From: Picochlorum sp. SENEW3
Lineage: Eukaryota
NCBI GenBank assembly: GCA_034226945.1
Contig: CP120456.1
Coordinates: 310,001-374,000, forward strand
Length of the DNA: 64,000 nt
Direction: 5' to 3'
Part shown: in pieces, positions 47,035 to 57,370 of the stretch
Numbering within the stretch: position 1 is the first letter of the stretch
Layout: every line of letters starts with the position of its first letter
The notes under the pieces: generated by a model
Seen by the model: only the letters and a program-made list of their open reading frames with translations
What the model was told of the DNA's origin: nothing
The model's database searches: none
Translations under genes and position numbers: made by a program

Positions 47035-48645
47035 TTAAAGGTTGTGCTGATCTTGATATTTTTCACGGCGGCGAGCATATTCTGCTAGTATTGCTTGTAA
47101 TCTTTCTAGCCGTTCCTGTTTTGTCTCTTCCTCTGATTCGTGTTCTGCTTTCCCTACTTGTCCTTCCACTTCTGTTCTTGTCCCATCTAGATGTCTCTTC
47201 TCTTCTTCTCCTGCCACATCCTGTTTCGTGTCTTCACTCACTACTGCTTGCTCCTTTTCATCTTCTTTACTCTGCAATTCTACTTTCCCTTGATTCTGTG
47301 CCACTTCCTGTAAGTGTTGAATGTCTTCCAGAGCTTTGTTTGATATCTTGTCGAGTTGAAGGTCAAGGATGCTGGCGAGAGGAGTGTCATCGTTGGTGGG
47401 AGTATTCTTTTCGAGTGGTACAACTTTGTAAGATGCTACCTCTGGCTGTTTGATTGTCTCTGGCTGTTTGATTGGCCCTGGCTGCTTGATTGGCTCTGGC
47501 TGTTTGATTGGCCCTGGCTGCTTGATTGGCTCTGGCTGTTTGATTGGCTGTGGCTGTTTGATTGGCCCTGGCTGTTTGGGAGGCTTTTCTGGGACTTTGA
47601 TCCGATGGTACCCAAACGCCTTCTCGAAATCATCAATCATATTTTCATTCACAGCATGAATCACATTTTCTTCATGCTCTGAGAAAGATCTCTTGAAATA
47701 CGTGATACCATCAACAAGCTTGGATAGCTGAAATCCACTCTCTCCACGAGCCACATGGCCACTGTAATCACTTTTTGTCCGCACCACGCCTTCTTTCAGA
47801 GGCCATCCGGTCATTGTCGCTATCCTCCATACATAATGCTCTTGGTGTATCGGCAGCACATTATCCTCACTGTGGACCATCATGATGCAGTCCGTGAGCT
47901 CTGCTGCTTTCTCAAGATAGTTGCAGTATTTCTCCTTCCGCATCACCATGAGATTCTCGAAATGATATTGCCCAACATGGTCTCCTTTGTGCCACTCAGT
48001 CCCAACAAAAGCAGCTGGATTGCCTCTGTTCTTCTCCTGAGGCCCACAATTATAACACTCCTTCAACATACTCCGTGTATAGTCATATGGATTTTTAATG
48101 GAAATAATTGATAATCCCTTCTCATACGTCCCATTTTTCTGTATCTCATGCTTATGTTTATTGATACCATAATCAATATTCGCTGTATCTTTCGCCAGAC
48201 CTGTTTTGTTGAACACCAACTCGAAATTCCTGACTACCAAATGTGCTGCGAGGTTGGTAGCACTGTGGCGTTCACCCAACACGTGTATCCTCGGTGAAAT
48301 ACCCATCTGTGTCTGATTCGTCACCTTGTTCAGAATAGGATACACCTTATTGCGACACGTTGTGAACACTTCTTCTGGAATGTTGAGATTGCAAGCAGCA
48401 TTTATAGCACTCAGGTCAAACATTGGTTGAAACACAAACTCCTCAGTTATCCTTGCCCCTTCTTTGACGCGAGATTCATGAAGGGGACTCAAAATTACGT
48501 ATTCATTTCGCTTAGGCAACGCCAATAAGATACAAATCAAAGTCAGAAGCAACAGCAAGCTCAGAGTCAACGTCCGAGCAATGCCGTTCCAAACACGCGT
48601 GCTCATTTCCCCACGTCTGGCTTTCATGAAGGGCATTACTTGCAT
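47035..48645 (-). CDS. Type II membrane protein with sulfotransferase-like domain and Pro-rich repeat linker
   Basis: N-terminal TM; IHVLGERHSATN (5'-PSB-like) and SIKNPYDYTRSM (3'-PB-like); intronless. Confidence 0.6.
   Translation of the reverse strand: MQVMPFMKARRGEMSTRVWNGIARTLTLSLLLLLTLICILLALPKRNEYVILSPLHESRVKEGARITEEFVFQPMFDLSAINAACNLNIPEEVFTTCRNKVYPILNKVTNQTQMGISPRIHVLGERHSATNLAAHLVVRNFELVFNKTGLAKDTANIDYGINKHKHEIQKNGTYEKGLSIISIKNPYDYTRSMLKECYNCGPQEKNRGNPAAFVGTEWHKGDHVGQYHFENLMVMRKEKYCNYLEKAAELTDCIMMVHSEDNVLPIHQEHYVWRIATMTGWPLKEGVVRTKSDYSGHVARGESGFQLSKLVDGITYFKRSFSEHEENVIHAVNENMIDDFEKAFGYHRIKVPEKPPKQPGPIKQPQPIKQPEPIKQPGPIKQPEPIKQPGPIKQPETIKQPEVASYKVVPLEKNTPTNDDTPLASILDLQLDKISNKALEDIQHLQEVAQNQGKVELQSKEDEKEQAVVSEDTKQDVAGEEEKRHLDGTRTEVEGQVGKAEHESEEETKQERLERLQAILAEYARRREKYQDQHNL
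47441..47577. repeat. 18-bp coding tandem repeat, about 7.5 copies, encoding KQP(G/E/Q)PI
   Basis: Units such as TGGCTGTTTGATTGGCCC / TGGCTGCTTGATTGGCTC. Confidence 0.92.
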
Positions 48646-48811
48646 TAAATGATCTCACATTATATGCATCTGCACGAGTCGCCCGTGATGGGTGAACTAT
48701 ATGCTCGTTGAGGATGAAATTTCCTACGTTGACTCGATCTGGCGGTGCCCTGCGCGGGAGAATGGCTGCCCGCTTAAAAAGCCTTATTGACCGGATGGCT
48801 TAGGGAAGATC

Positions 48812-48827
48812 CAGATCCATGGATCTG
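48812..48827. promoter_or_regulatory. Perfect 16-bp palindrome in a divergent intergenic region (candidate cis-element)
   Basis: CAGATCCATGGATCTG, preceded by an extra AGATCC. The function is inferred only. Confidence 0.35.
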
Positions 48828-49295
48828 TGGTGTGTCACATTGAAGCCATACTAGCAGTCATGGGCCACCCAGAACACATCATCATCGATACATCTATGTA
48901 GTAATAACCTTCATAGATGGTGACAATGATGGGTGCATCCCAACGCATTGGTATGAAGAAGAATGGCCTCCCATGGCACTGGGGTCAACAGTGGACACCT
49001 GATGGGTGGACTGGCATGACAGATCCCATAACGCATTGGCGAATACACTGTCATGAATACCATCATTAGTACAGTATGTAGATGAGAGAATAGAATCCAG
49101 CGAGTATATGCTGTGCAGTGTTTGTCTTTCTTTTACCATCATTGGGATGGGATTTGAATCAAGAGATATTCTGTGCTGACGTGGCTTGCCAGGCCACAAT
49201 CGATTCCGGAACCTACATAGACAATGCTGGGCAAATAGCTCGGTATTATGAATACCAAGTTTAATCTGATATAAAATAACACGCAATATATACAA

Positions 49296-50645
49296 ATGAT
49301 TCAGCAAAATACGAGAGACTCAAGACGTAGGTTGCTTATTCTTGGAGCAGCTGGTAGAGACTTTCACAACTTCAACGTCTTGTATCGGGATGGCCCATCG
49401 GACGTGGATGTGGTGGGGTTCACGGCGACGCAAATACCTAATATAGATAGTAGAAGGTATCCATCCTCATTGGCGGGGAAGTTGTACCCAGAAGGCCTGC
49501 CCATTTGGAAGGAAGATGATCTGGAGGAGGTGATTCAGCATCAGAGAGTTGATCAGTGTATGCTGGCATATTCTGATCTTGAATATTCCAAAGTGATGGA
49601 AATTTCTAGCAGATGCTTGTCTTCCGGAGCAGAGTTTGTACTGATGCCTCCGCAGAAGACCATGGTTGAATCATGCAAGCCTTTGATTGCTGTTTGTGCA
49701 AGCCGTACAGGATGCGGTAAGAGCCAGGTGTCGCGATATATTATCAACGCGTTGGAGAAGCAAGGAAAAAAGTGTGTTTTGATTCGTCATCCAATGCCGT
49801 ATGGGGACTTGGCGGCACAGGCGGTTCAAAGGTTTGGCACTCTTGAGGATTTGGAGAGGCACCATGTGACAATTGAAGAGAGGGAAGAGTATGAGCAGCA
49901 TATTGTGAAAGGAACAGTCGTGTATGCTGGGGTTGACTATGAGGCGATACTTCGGCAAGCTGAACAAGAAGCTGATGTCGTCATTTTTGATGGAGGGAAT
50001 AATGATACCCCGTTTTATAAACCAGACCTATGGATTTGTGTGTGTGATCCACATAGAGCTGGACATGAGTTACAATATTATCCTGGGGATTTGAACTTGA
50101 GGTGTGCTGACGTGGTTGTCATCAACAAAGCGAATACAGCACCTAGCGGATCGATAGATGTGATCAAAGCAAATATTGAAAAAGTGAATCCTACAGCTCG
50201 GTGCTACATCACATCCAGTGTTGTGTCTGTTGATGATCCTGACATCATCCGCGGAAAACACGTTGTCGTTGTCGAGGATGGCCCCACATTAACACATGGA
50301 GGTATGAAGTATGGAGCTGGGAAAGTGGCAGCAGATGCTTACCACGCTGAGATCGTGGATCCAAGGCCATATCTTGTTCGCAGTCTTACAAAGACTCTGG
50401 AAAAGTACAGTCATATTGAGCAGGTCATTCCAGCAATGGGATATTTCCCTGATCAAATTAAGGATCTTGAGGAATCAATCAACGCGGTTCCTTGCGAAGC
50501 CGTCATCATAGGGACTCCCATGGATTTGCAAAAGGTTGTACATATCACAAAACCATGCGTTACCGTCACCTATGCTGTTGAAGACACAGAGGAACCTTTC
50601 CTCAAGGAAGAGGTTATGAGTTTTATTTCAAAGCATGTCAAGTAG
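49296..50645 (+). CDS. COG2403 P-loop enzyme (cyclic 2,3-DPG synthetase-like family), arginine synthetase ArcE-like
   Basis: LILGAAGRDFHNFN, FTATQIP..RRYP..LAGKLYPEGLPI, ASRTGCGKS P-loop, IRHPMPYGDL, TIEEREEYE, DGGNNDTPFY, VEDGPTLTHG, PAMGY; intronless. Confidence 0.82.
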   Translation: MIQQNTRDSRRRLLILGAAGRDFHNFNVLYRDGPSDVDVVGFTATQIPNIDSRRYPSSLAGKLYPEGLPIWKEDDLEEVIQHQRVDQCMLAYSDLEYSKVMEISSRCLSSGAEFVLMPPQKTMVESCKPLIAVCASRTGCGKSQVSRYIINALEKQGKKCVLIRHPMPYGDLAAQAVQRFGTLEDLERHHVTIEEREEYEQHIVKGTVVYAGVDYEAILRQAEQEADVVIFDGGNNDTPFYKPDLWICVCDPHRAGHELQYYPGDLNLRCADVVVINKANTAPSGSIDVIKANIEKVNPTARCYITSSVVSVDDPDIIRGKHVVVVEDGPTLTHGGMKYGAGKVAADAYHAEIVDPRPYLVRSLTKTLEKYSHIEQVIPAMGYFPDQIKDLEESINAVPCEAVIIGTPMDLQKVVHITKPCVTVTYAVEDTEEPFLKEEVMSFISKHVK

Positions 50646-50696
50646 AGATCTTTAGTTATGTAATTAAAGTCTTGTTCTTTTTCGTGTGGATTTTGA

Positions 50697-52196
50697 TTAT
50701 GCATCACAGAAGAATGAAGAGGTGCTGCCTCCAAGGATGTATGTGTCCACAAAACTGTACAAGGATCCTGCCACCAAATACCCAGTGAGGATAATTCCAA
50801 ACACAGATATGACGTGTAAAAAACGATTGCCAACCCAGTCTTTCAACTGTTCTTTTCCAATCTTGTACAGTTTCAACCCATAGTACCAGCACAGTGTTGG
50901 CAGGCAGGTCTGGCTGCCACTGACTGTGAATGCCACTACTATACTCGTCAATACTTCAAAGTCTGGGATGCAAAGTGTGACAATAAGCGCTAGAATTGAA
51001 CTTGGCAGGGTAAAAACGAAATGGATAAGATATTTGTACAACTTTGATGCTTTCTCTTTGGCAGGAATTGTCTCACGGCACCATGGAGAGACAGTGAAGA
51101 GAAGGTTTCGTTGGAAATCGTTCACCACAAGAGCCCCAGCGATATAGTCAATTATGGATGCCAAAAACACGAAAATATTGATTGCTATGGCCAGCCCTTC
51201 CCTTGGAAACATGAGCGTTACAGGACTGGTAACTGGATATCCCAGCATGAGAGCACCAGTGAGTCCTGCCACAGCATACAAAGTACCAAAACCGATCAGG
51301 GCCCCCCATGTCGCATTTCGTGTCTGCAATGGATTTTTCATTTCCCAAGTCAGTTCGGTCTGAATAAAGATGGGTGCTATTCCCCAAATTATTGAGCTGA
51401 GACCCATTGAAAAGTCATACCAGTCATTATACCCTGATGGTGCTAAAAAAGGTTTGGCACTTCCAACATACGATGGAGAGGATTTAATATCCCCACTGTA
51501 TATTGCATATGCCCAAGGTAGCAATACAAGTGTTTTGATAGAAACCAACAATGATCCGCCATAGGCAAGTGTCGCATTGTGTTTCCATACTTTGACAACT
51601 TGCAAAACAAGAACCATGAGTGCAAACATAAGCAAGGTCCAATACCCCAAACAGTTCCATGGAAAGTTGGCTACATATTGTATTGATGTAGCCATTAAAT
51701 TCAGCATAACCATCAGCAGAGCGTACAAGTTTGCGAGTTGAAAGCTCCGAAGCAAATATCGTCCAAGTTTTCCACCTAGCCTTTCTCCAACATCACCCAA
51801 GGTCGTGCAAGGCTCTGTGTATTCTGTCCCGTTTGCATCTGTAGTCCTAAGTTGGACATCAGCGATCAACTTCACAATGATCATACAGATGATGATGTAA
51901 AATATCAGCATCAGCAGTGCAAATATGTACCCCATTGTTGCAAATGCAAATGGCATGCCAACAACTGCTCCTGAAGTCTGGAATGTCAGTTGCATCATCA
52001 GCGTGTCCCAAAAACCCAAGTTCAATCTTGATTTTGGCTCATATGAATGTATTCTGCGGTACCGACGAGTGGCATGCTCCTCGCCATCTCGTATCCCTTT
52101 CAACTGGTTGCGCCCATTTTGAATCTCCGTCGTCCGCCCATCTGGCACTATGACCCCATCTTCAAGTTGTTCTGGCTGCATTTCTTGCTGATACAC
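50697..52196 (-). CDS. Amino acid/auxin permease (AAAP, Aa_trans) family transporter
   Basis: About 11 TM segments; TSGAVVGMPFAFATMGY, TLGDVGERLGG, ELTWEMKNP. Confidence 0.8.
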   Translation of the reverse strand: MYQQEMQPEQLEDGVIVPDGRTTEIQNGRNQLKGIRDGEEHATRRYRRIHSYEPKSRLNLGFWDTLMMQLTFQTSGAVVGMPFAFATMGYIFALLMLIFYIIICMIIVKLIADVQLRTTDANGTEYTEPCTTLGDVGERLGGKLGRYLLRSFQLANLYALLMVMLNLMATSIQYVANFPWNCLGYWTLLMFALMVLVLQVVKVWKHNATLAYGGSLLVSIKTLVLLPWAYAIYSGDIKSSPSYVGSAKPFLAPSGYNDWYDFSMGLSSIIWGIAPIFIQTELTWEMKNPLQTRNATWGALIGFGTLYAVAGLTGALMLGYPVTSPVTLMFPREGLAIAINIFVFLASIIDYIAGALVVNDFQRNLLFTVSPWCRETIPAKEKASKLYKYLIHFVFTLPSSILALIVTLCIPDFEVLTSIVVAFTVSGSQTCLPTLCWYYGLKLYKIGKEQLKDWVGNRFLHVISVFGIILTGYLVAGSLYSFVDTYILGGSTSSFFCDA

Positions 52197-52421
52197 CAGA
52201 AACTATCGAGCAATCATGTCAGCAACCCGCTGTGTTCAACTGCAGGAACAAGACCCCACACGCTTTTTACGCAGAGCTCCCAACCGAGACTGGGTACAAA
52301 CACAGCTAGATAAAGTACCCTGATTTACAGAAGTAAACTGTGAATCCTTTGCATGCAACGTGCCCAGAAAGTTGTAGACTTTGTGCCTATGTTGAAGGTA
52401 GAGGCTGGTTTGGAGTACAAG

Positions 52422-52443
52422 GCGTAATTACGCTACGCGTAGC
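52422..52443. promoter_or_regulatory. Two overlapping perfect 12-bp palindromes in a divergent promoter
   Basis: GCGTAATTACGC (52422-52433) and GCTACGCGTAGC (52432-52443); TTACGCTAC recurs at 52461. The function is inferred only. Confidence 0.35.
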
Positions 52444-52635
52444 ATACCCCCGATGCAAGTTTACGCTACTACCAGCCAAAGAATTCGTATCGGCGACGTA
52501 GCCTAGTGTACTTGCTACAGAAATCAAACCCATCCATTGCATATGACACCCTCGTAAAATATCAATTGAAATACAAGATAATAATCTAACACAGTACCCT
52601 TGAGCAATATTCCTAGGTTACATCTCGTGGATCAC

Positions 52636-53839
52636 ATGTCGACGAAAGGACACGGGCGCCTCACGGTACCTTTAGGCGCGCTGCTTCTCGTGCAGCATAT
52701 CAGCATTATGGTGCAAGCTATGAGCATTTTGGATGGAAGCTGGTTGGAAAGTTCTACTCCTACTCTTTTATTGCAAGGATCTGGGCAAAGCGACCTGTGC
52801 AAGTGCTCCAGCGATCCAATCTTGAAGGACCCTTCATGTGAGAAACCTTTTTTGAATGTTAATTGATTCACCGGGAGATATTATCTATCACTTTTGAATG
52901 ATGTATGCAGGTACTTTATGTTATTGTCCAGATTCAGGCGATCTTTCAGACAATGCTACGTTTCCAGAACTGGTGCCGGATAATGCATTGAACAGAACAT
53001 GCGGGGCATCAGGGGCAAAGTTGACCGAGTTAAGGCTGTTCAACAACAGTGCTGACGAGGCGTTCGGGCCATCTCTCACGTGTCGATGCGGACCTGATCC
53101 ATTTTTGGAACAGAATCCAAGCTGGATCATGTGCAAATGCCCCAAAATTTCGTTCTGTACATTCTCGCTCCTATCAGACACACCGTGCCCTGATGATTCC
53201 AGCCCACCAGCACCTCCAAAGGAGAAAAAGATACCTGATTCAACGGTCTATACGCATTTTAAGAACAATGATACATCTCCTCCGCTGGGATCATGGCCAT
53301 GGTGCGAAGGAGAGTATGCCTTATGCTCGATGGCCAACTGCACCACGGATTTTGTTGGAAAAGACACATCAGACCTTGGGCCTCAACTTGCAGAATGTGG
53401 ATGCATCACCGCGACGTCGGCCAATGGCCTTACCAAAACCAATCTTGTTGATCCCACGTATATTTTAAGCGATCCATTCTATCAGGGGTATCAGAATGAT
53501 TGCTCGAAAAACGTGTCAGCGTGTGCAGGTCCAAATGCCTCCCAGGTGTGCAAAGCAATTGTCACAAACACCATCTACAGGGGAGAATACGATCTGACAT
53601 CCACCTACAACCTTTCCCCCCAGCTCGGTGGATTCCAGGTACAGTGCAACGGGCCAGGGCGATATGCACAATGCATGACAGCCGCATGTTACAAATCTGA
53701 GGCGTTCGATGGTTCTCCAGTAACCTGCTACTGCCCTGTCTACGAAACACAGGGTGAATACGCTGTGGGAGGAGCATGGGGCTCGGACATACCATGCACA
53801 CAACCAGAGCCATATCTTCTTTCTGGAGTTTCCGTATAG
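52636..53839 (+). CDS. Secreted cysteine-rich protein
   Basis: Signal peptide; intron 52838-52910; more than 20 Cys, with internal repeats CEGEYALCSMANC and YAQCMTAAC. Confidence 0.72.
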
Positions 53840-54363
53840 TTTCACACAAGCCTTTTGATATGTTTAAAATATGCCACTCCATCTATTTAGTGCAGCACAG
53901 CAAATAGTAAAATCAAAATCAAACAAAAAGAAGGGCACCAATGTATCAAGAGCCAAGGCTCGTTTACCATACAGACCATCATACTACCATGAATCCTGTA
54001 AAACTCATTATGACCGAGAATGTGCTCATGGACATCAATCTGGCTCAATCAAAGTCACACGTGGCAGAAGTATGCTCAAGATTGATGTATTCCAGCAAGC
54101 TTTGAAAAGCAATACATTCTTCTATCAAGTAAGAAACGAGATCCATCGTGCTTCAGATCATTTCTTGAGCAAACCCGAAAGCGCTGAACAGTGTACCACA
54201 CTTTTGAGCATTGCTGAAAAAAAAAATCTGGATTTGATCACTGATCACAATGTTGATAGGGAAAGAATCTCTTAGACCGATATCCCGCACAAATACATAA
54301 AAATCTTTTTCTACATCTACAATAGTTGAGAATGAGACAATAGATAATCATTTTGAAGCAGAT

Positions 54364-55446
54364 ATGAGCAGAATGAGTAGGACGCGAGTTTCAGGAGACA
54401 TGTCGTGTTCACATGTGACATCACCCCAAAGGCTGCAGAGTTTCCGTAAATATCAATCTGGTACGCCCATATCATGCATTTTGGATCCAAAATATATCCA
54501 TGTCACGGGATGATGCTGATGATTGTATCTCCGTGTAGGGTGGTGTGGTCCCAACAACAAGAACAGAAGCGTTGGCACCTTTCGTTTAAAAGCACATGGC
54601 TCTGCCAGCGCACCCGATGTAATTCTTACGAGAGAGAAAGGGAAGAATGACATAGTTAGAGATTTGCTTGAAGTGAGAGGAATACAATGTATGGAGGTGC
54701 CAATGGTGGAGACTGAGAAAGGCCCTGATGCTGAGCTGTTGCCACTTGCGTTACAGAATGAGAGATTTGATTGGGTTTGTATCACATCTCCAGAAGCAGC
54801 CACGGTGTTTATTGAAGGTTGGAAGGAAGCTGGTAAGCCGGATGTTAGGATTGCTGTCGTGGGGAAGGGTACAGGAAAGGTGTTGGAAGATACATGTGAA
54901 GAGGCTCTTCAGCCCCAGTTTGTGCCCTCAGTTGTACGTTTCTTTGACAGTATGGATCCGATACATCAAATTTGATTTATAATAACGATTCATTTCCATA
55001 ATATATATACTGTTATGCAGGCAAATGCGGAACATTTTGGTCCGGAACTTCCTACCTTGGCAGGTGGCAATGGTGTGATATTGTATCCCTCTAGTGCAAA
55101 AGCAAGCACCATTCTTCAGGATGGGCTGGAAGCGAGAGGGTTCAAGGTGATTAGAATGAATACATATAACACGGCAACAGTGAAGCATGTCGAGGATTCA
55201 ACACTGCTCCGCGCAAGGAGCGCTCGGGTGGTGGCAGTTGCATCTCCATCTGCCTTGAAAGCTTGGGTCCATCATGTTGGACACGATGCCACACGTGCCA
55301 TGACTATTGCTGCCATTGGATCAACGTCTGCTCGAGCAGCAGAAAAGCTGGGATTAGAGCGTGTATTGTTTCCCAAAGAACCAGGTATTGAAACTTTTGT
55401 GGAAACTATAGAGATGGCATTGCAGAACACATCAAAAGAAGAATGA
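54364..55446 (+). CDS. HEMD: Uroporphyrinogen-III synthase, plastid
   Basis: VILTREKGKN, FDWVCITSPEAA, IAVVGKGT, LYPSSAKA, RMNTYNT, VASPSA, AAIGSTSA. Introns 54461-54538 and 54934-55020. Confidence 0.9.
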
Positions 55447-55460
55447 ATACGAATTAAATG

Positions 55461-57034
55461 TTACAATGCATTTTTTCCACCGAGAGACTTTTTTGACCTG
55501 TTCTTCCTCGATTTTCTCCGTAAGCGTCTCTGTTTAAGTTTCTTCTTTCGTGCTAACGCGACATCGTGTGCCAAGACAACCTTTGGGCAAGAGTCTGCAA
55601 ATGATGTGATTGGAACAAATTCTTGTAGGGAAATGTCTCTTCTGACTTTTATATAAAGATTGAGCAAGTTCTCCCATTGGCCTGATTCTTTTGTTTTCTT
55701 GAATGTGGAAGATTTCTCGTGAGGAGAGTGAATGACAAATGCATAGTCATGGACCTGGAGTTTGATTCCTAGTTGATCTGCAATATGCGTCAAATGGACA
55801 ATCTTGTCCCTACCATACCCTCTGAATCTTTCGTCATACCAAGGAACATACTTTCTATGTACCAGGATGTAGGGTTCAAACCCTTTTTCATATTTGACAG
55901 AGTATGGGGATGATGCATTCAGCCACCTGTCAAATTGAGTCGGCCCATGCCCAGCTGGGTATTGCTCAACCTGGAATCCCTCAACTTGACCAGCACTCCA
56001 TGCAGACAAAAGTTCTTCTTTGCCATTGAGGGCTGCTTTTTTGGCAATATTTTTACCATCAAGTCCTCTATTGGATGTCTCAAAAGCTGGCAGCACAAAT
56101 GCCACTTTTTTGTCCAGAGTATCAATCATGTCTTTGAACACAGATGGCTTTTTCTGATATGACAGTGATAATGTTTTGGATGGCATGAAGTCTGCATCGA
56201 GAAGCATCACTGATTCTGTTTCAACCATCTTCAATGCCCTATTTCTGACTGCGTTGAATGGATAGAGGCCAATGTTTGGGTCATTCCAATCTGTGAATTT
56301 TTCTAATACTAATTCCAAGTCTAAAGAGCAAGACGCATCTCTTTCAAGCTTGTGGTAGAAGTCATCCACAAATATAACAATATCCTGCAATTTACTCCCA
56401 TTTAGAGCTCTCACTTCATCACTTATTACTCCGAATCCTTTCATGTAAGGAACATATACCGCTGCAGTAATTTTGTCAGTCCAAACTCTACATTGAGATC
56501 TCAGCATGGACAGCCTCTCAAGCGACAGCTGGGTAACAATGGAAATACTTGAATGTGCTGGCTGTCTGCCCTTCCAAGTATGCACAGTTTTTAACAATGG
56601 AAGCTGTACACTCGGATCTGATTGACACGCCTGATATATTTTAGAGTCTTTCACAGCTGTTGCACTCCGTCGATAATCCCTTGCAGTCTCTCGAGCCTCC
56701 ACAGAGACATGCATATCATGGCCATAAAACTTGACTGTTGTGTATACAAAACAAGCCACCATCTGCACACATGTACCCATACAGAATCACTAGAGATACC
56801 AGGGATGTTTGTTACGAAGAGAAAGTCAAATCTCGTACCAGTAATGTGAAACCGATAATAGAAACATTGAGGATCCGCCGCTTCAACCGAGGGGACCTGG
56901 GTGTCCTGGGCGTACCCAACGGGGACCCTCCATCAATCGCTTTCAGTAAGGGGATTCTCTGCACAGATTCATTAATTGATTGAAGTATATTATATTATTA
57001 ATGATTATATCAGGCGATCTGAGCGTACATTCAT
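55461..57034 (-). CDS. LARGE/B4GAT1-like glycosyltransferase (GT49), type II membrane
   Basis: SIVTQLSLERL, YPFNAVRN, LLDADFMPS, AFVLPAFE, FEPYIL, YDERFRGYGRDK. Inferred exons 57029-57034, 56839-56958 and 55461-56762. Confidence 0.85.
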
Positions 57035-57370
57035 TGCTAGCAGTTTGCAGTCGTTGGGATCTCGTTCGAGATCTCTTCTACCTAAGGTTTTCTGAGTTGG
57101 TCACGAAACGATGTTTTATTGGGAACCCATTAATATCTTTAATACGGTAAATATAAAATAATACCTACATTGGCAATATACTGGGCAGATATCAATGGGG
57201 GATCATCCTGGCGGTGGAGCTCGAGGGCGCCTTGCGCCCGATTTTCATGGTGGCAGGGTATATGATGTCCAATGGATGGATATCCGCCATGGACATTCAA
57301 GAATTCAGCCCAATATGTCATCCTCAGTTTACATATTGATTTCAAGTTTATTTCCCGGGCAATATGCCCG

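Noticed and set aside
47441..47577. Regular repeat that could be mistaken for a CRISPR array
   Set aside because: It has contiguous 18-bp units with no unique spacers, lies in frame within a CDS, and there are no cas genes.
53871..54275. 134-aa + strand ORF 31 nt after the Cys-rich gene (possible polycistronic member)
   Set aside because: No recognisable motif, and it contains a TGTAA near 53997 that fits the upstream gene's 3'UTR. It cannot be supported without expression data.
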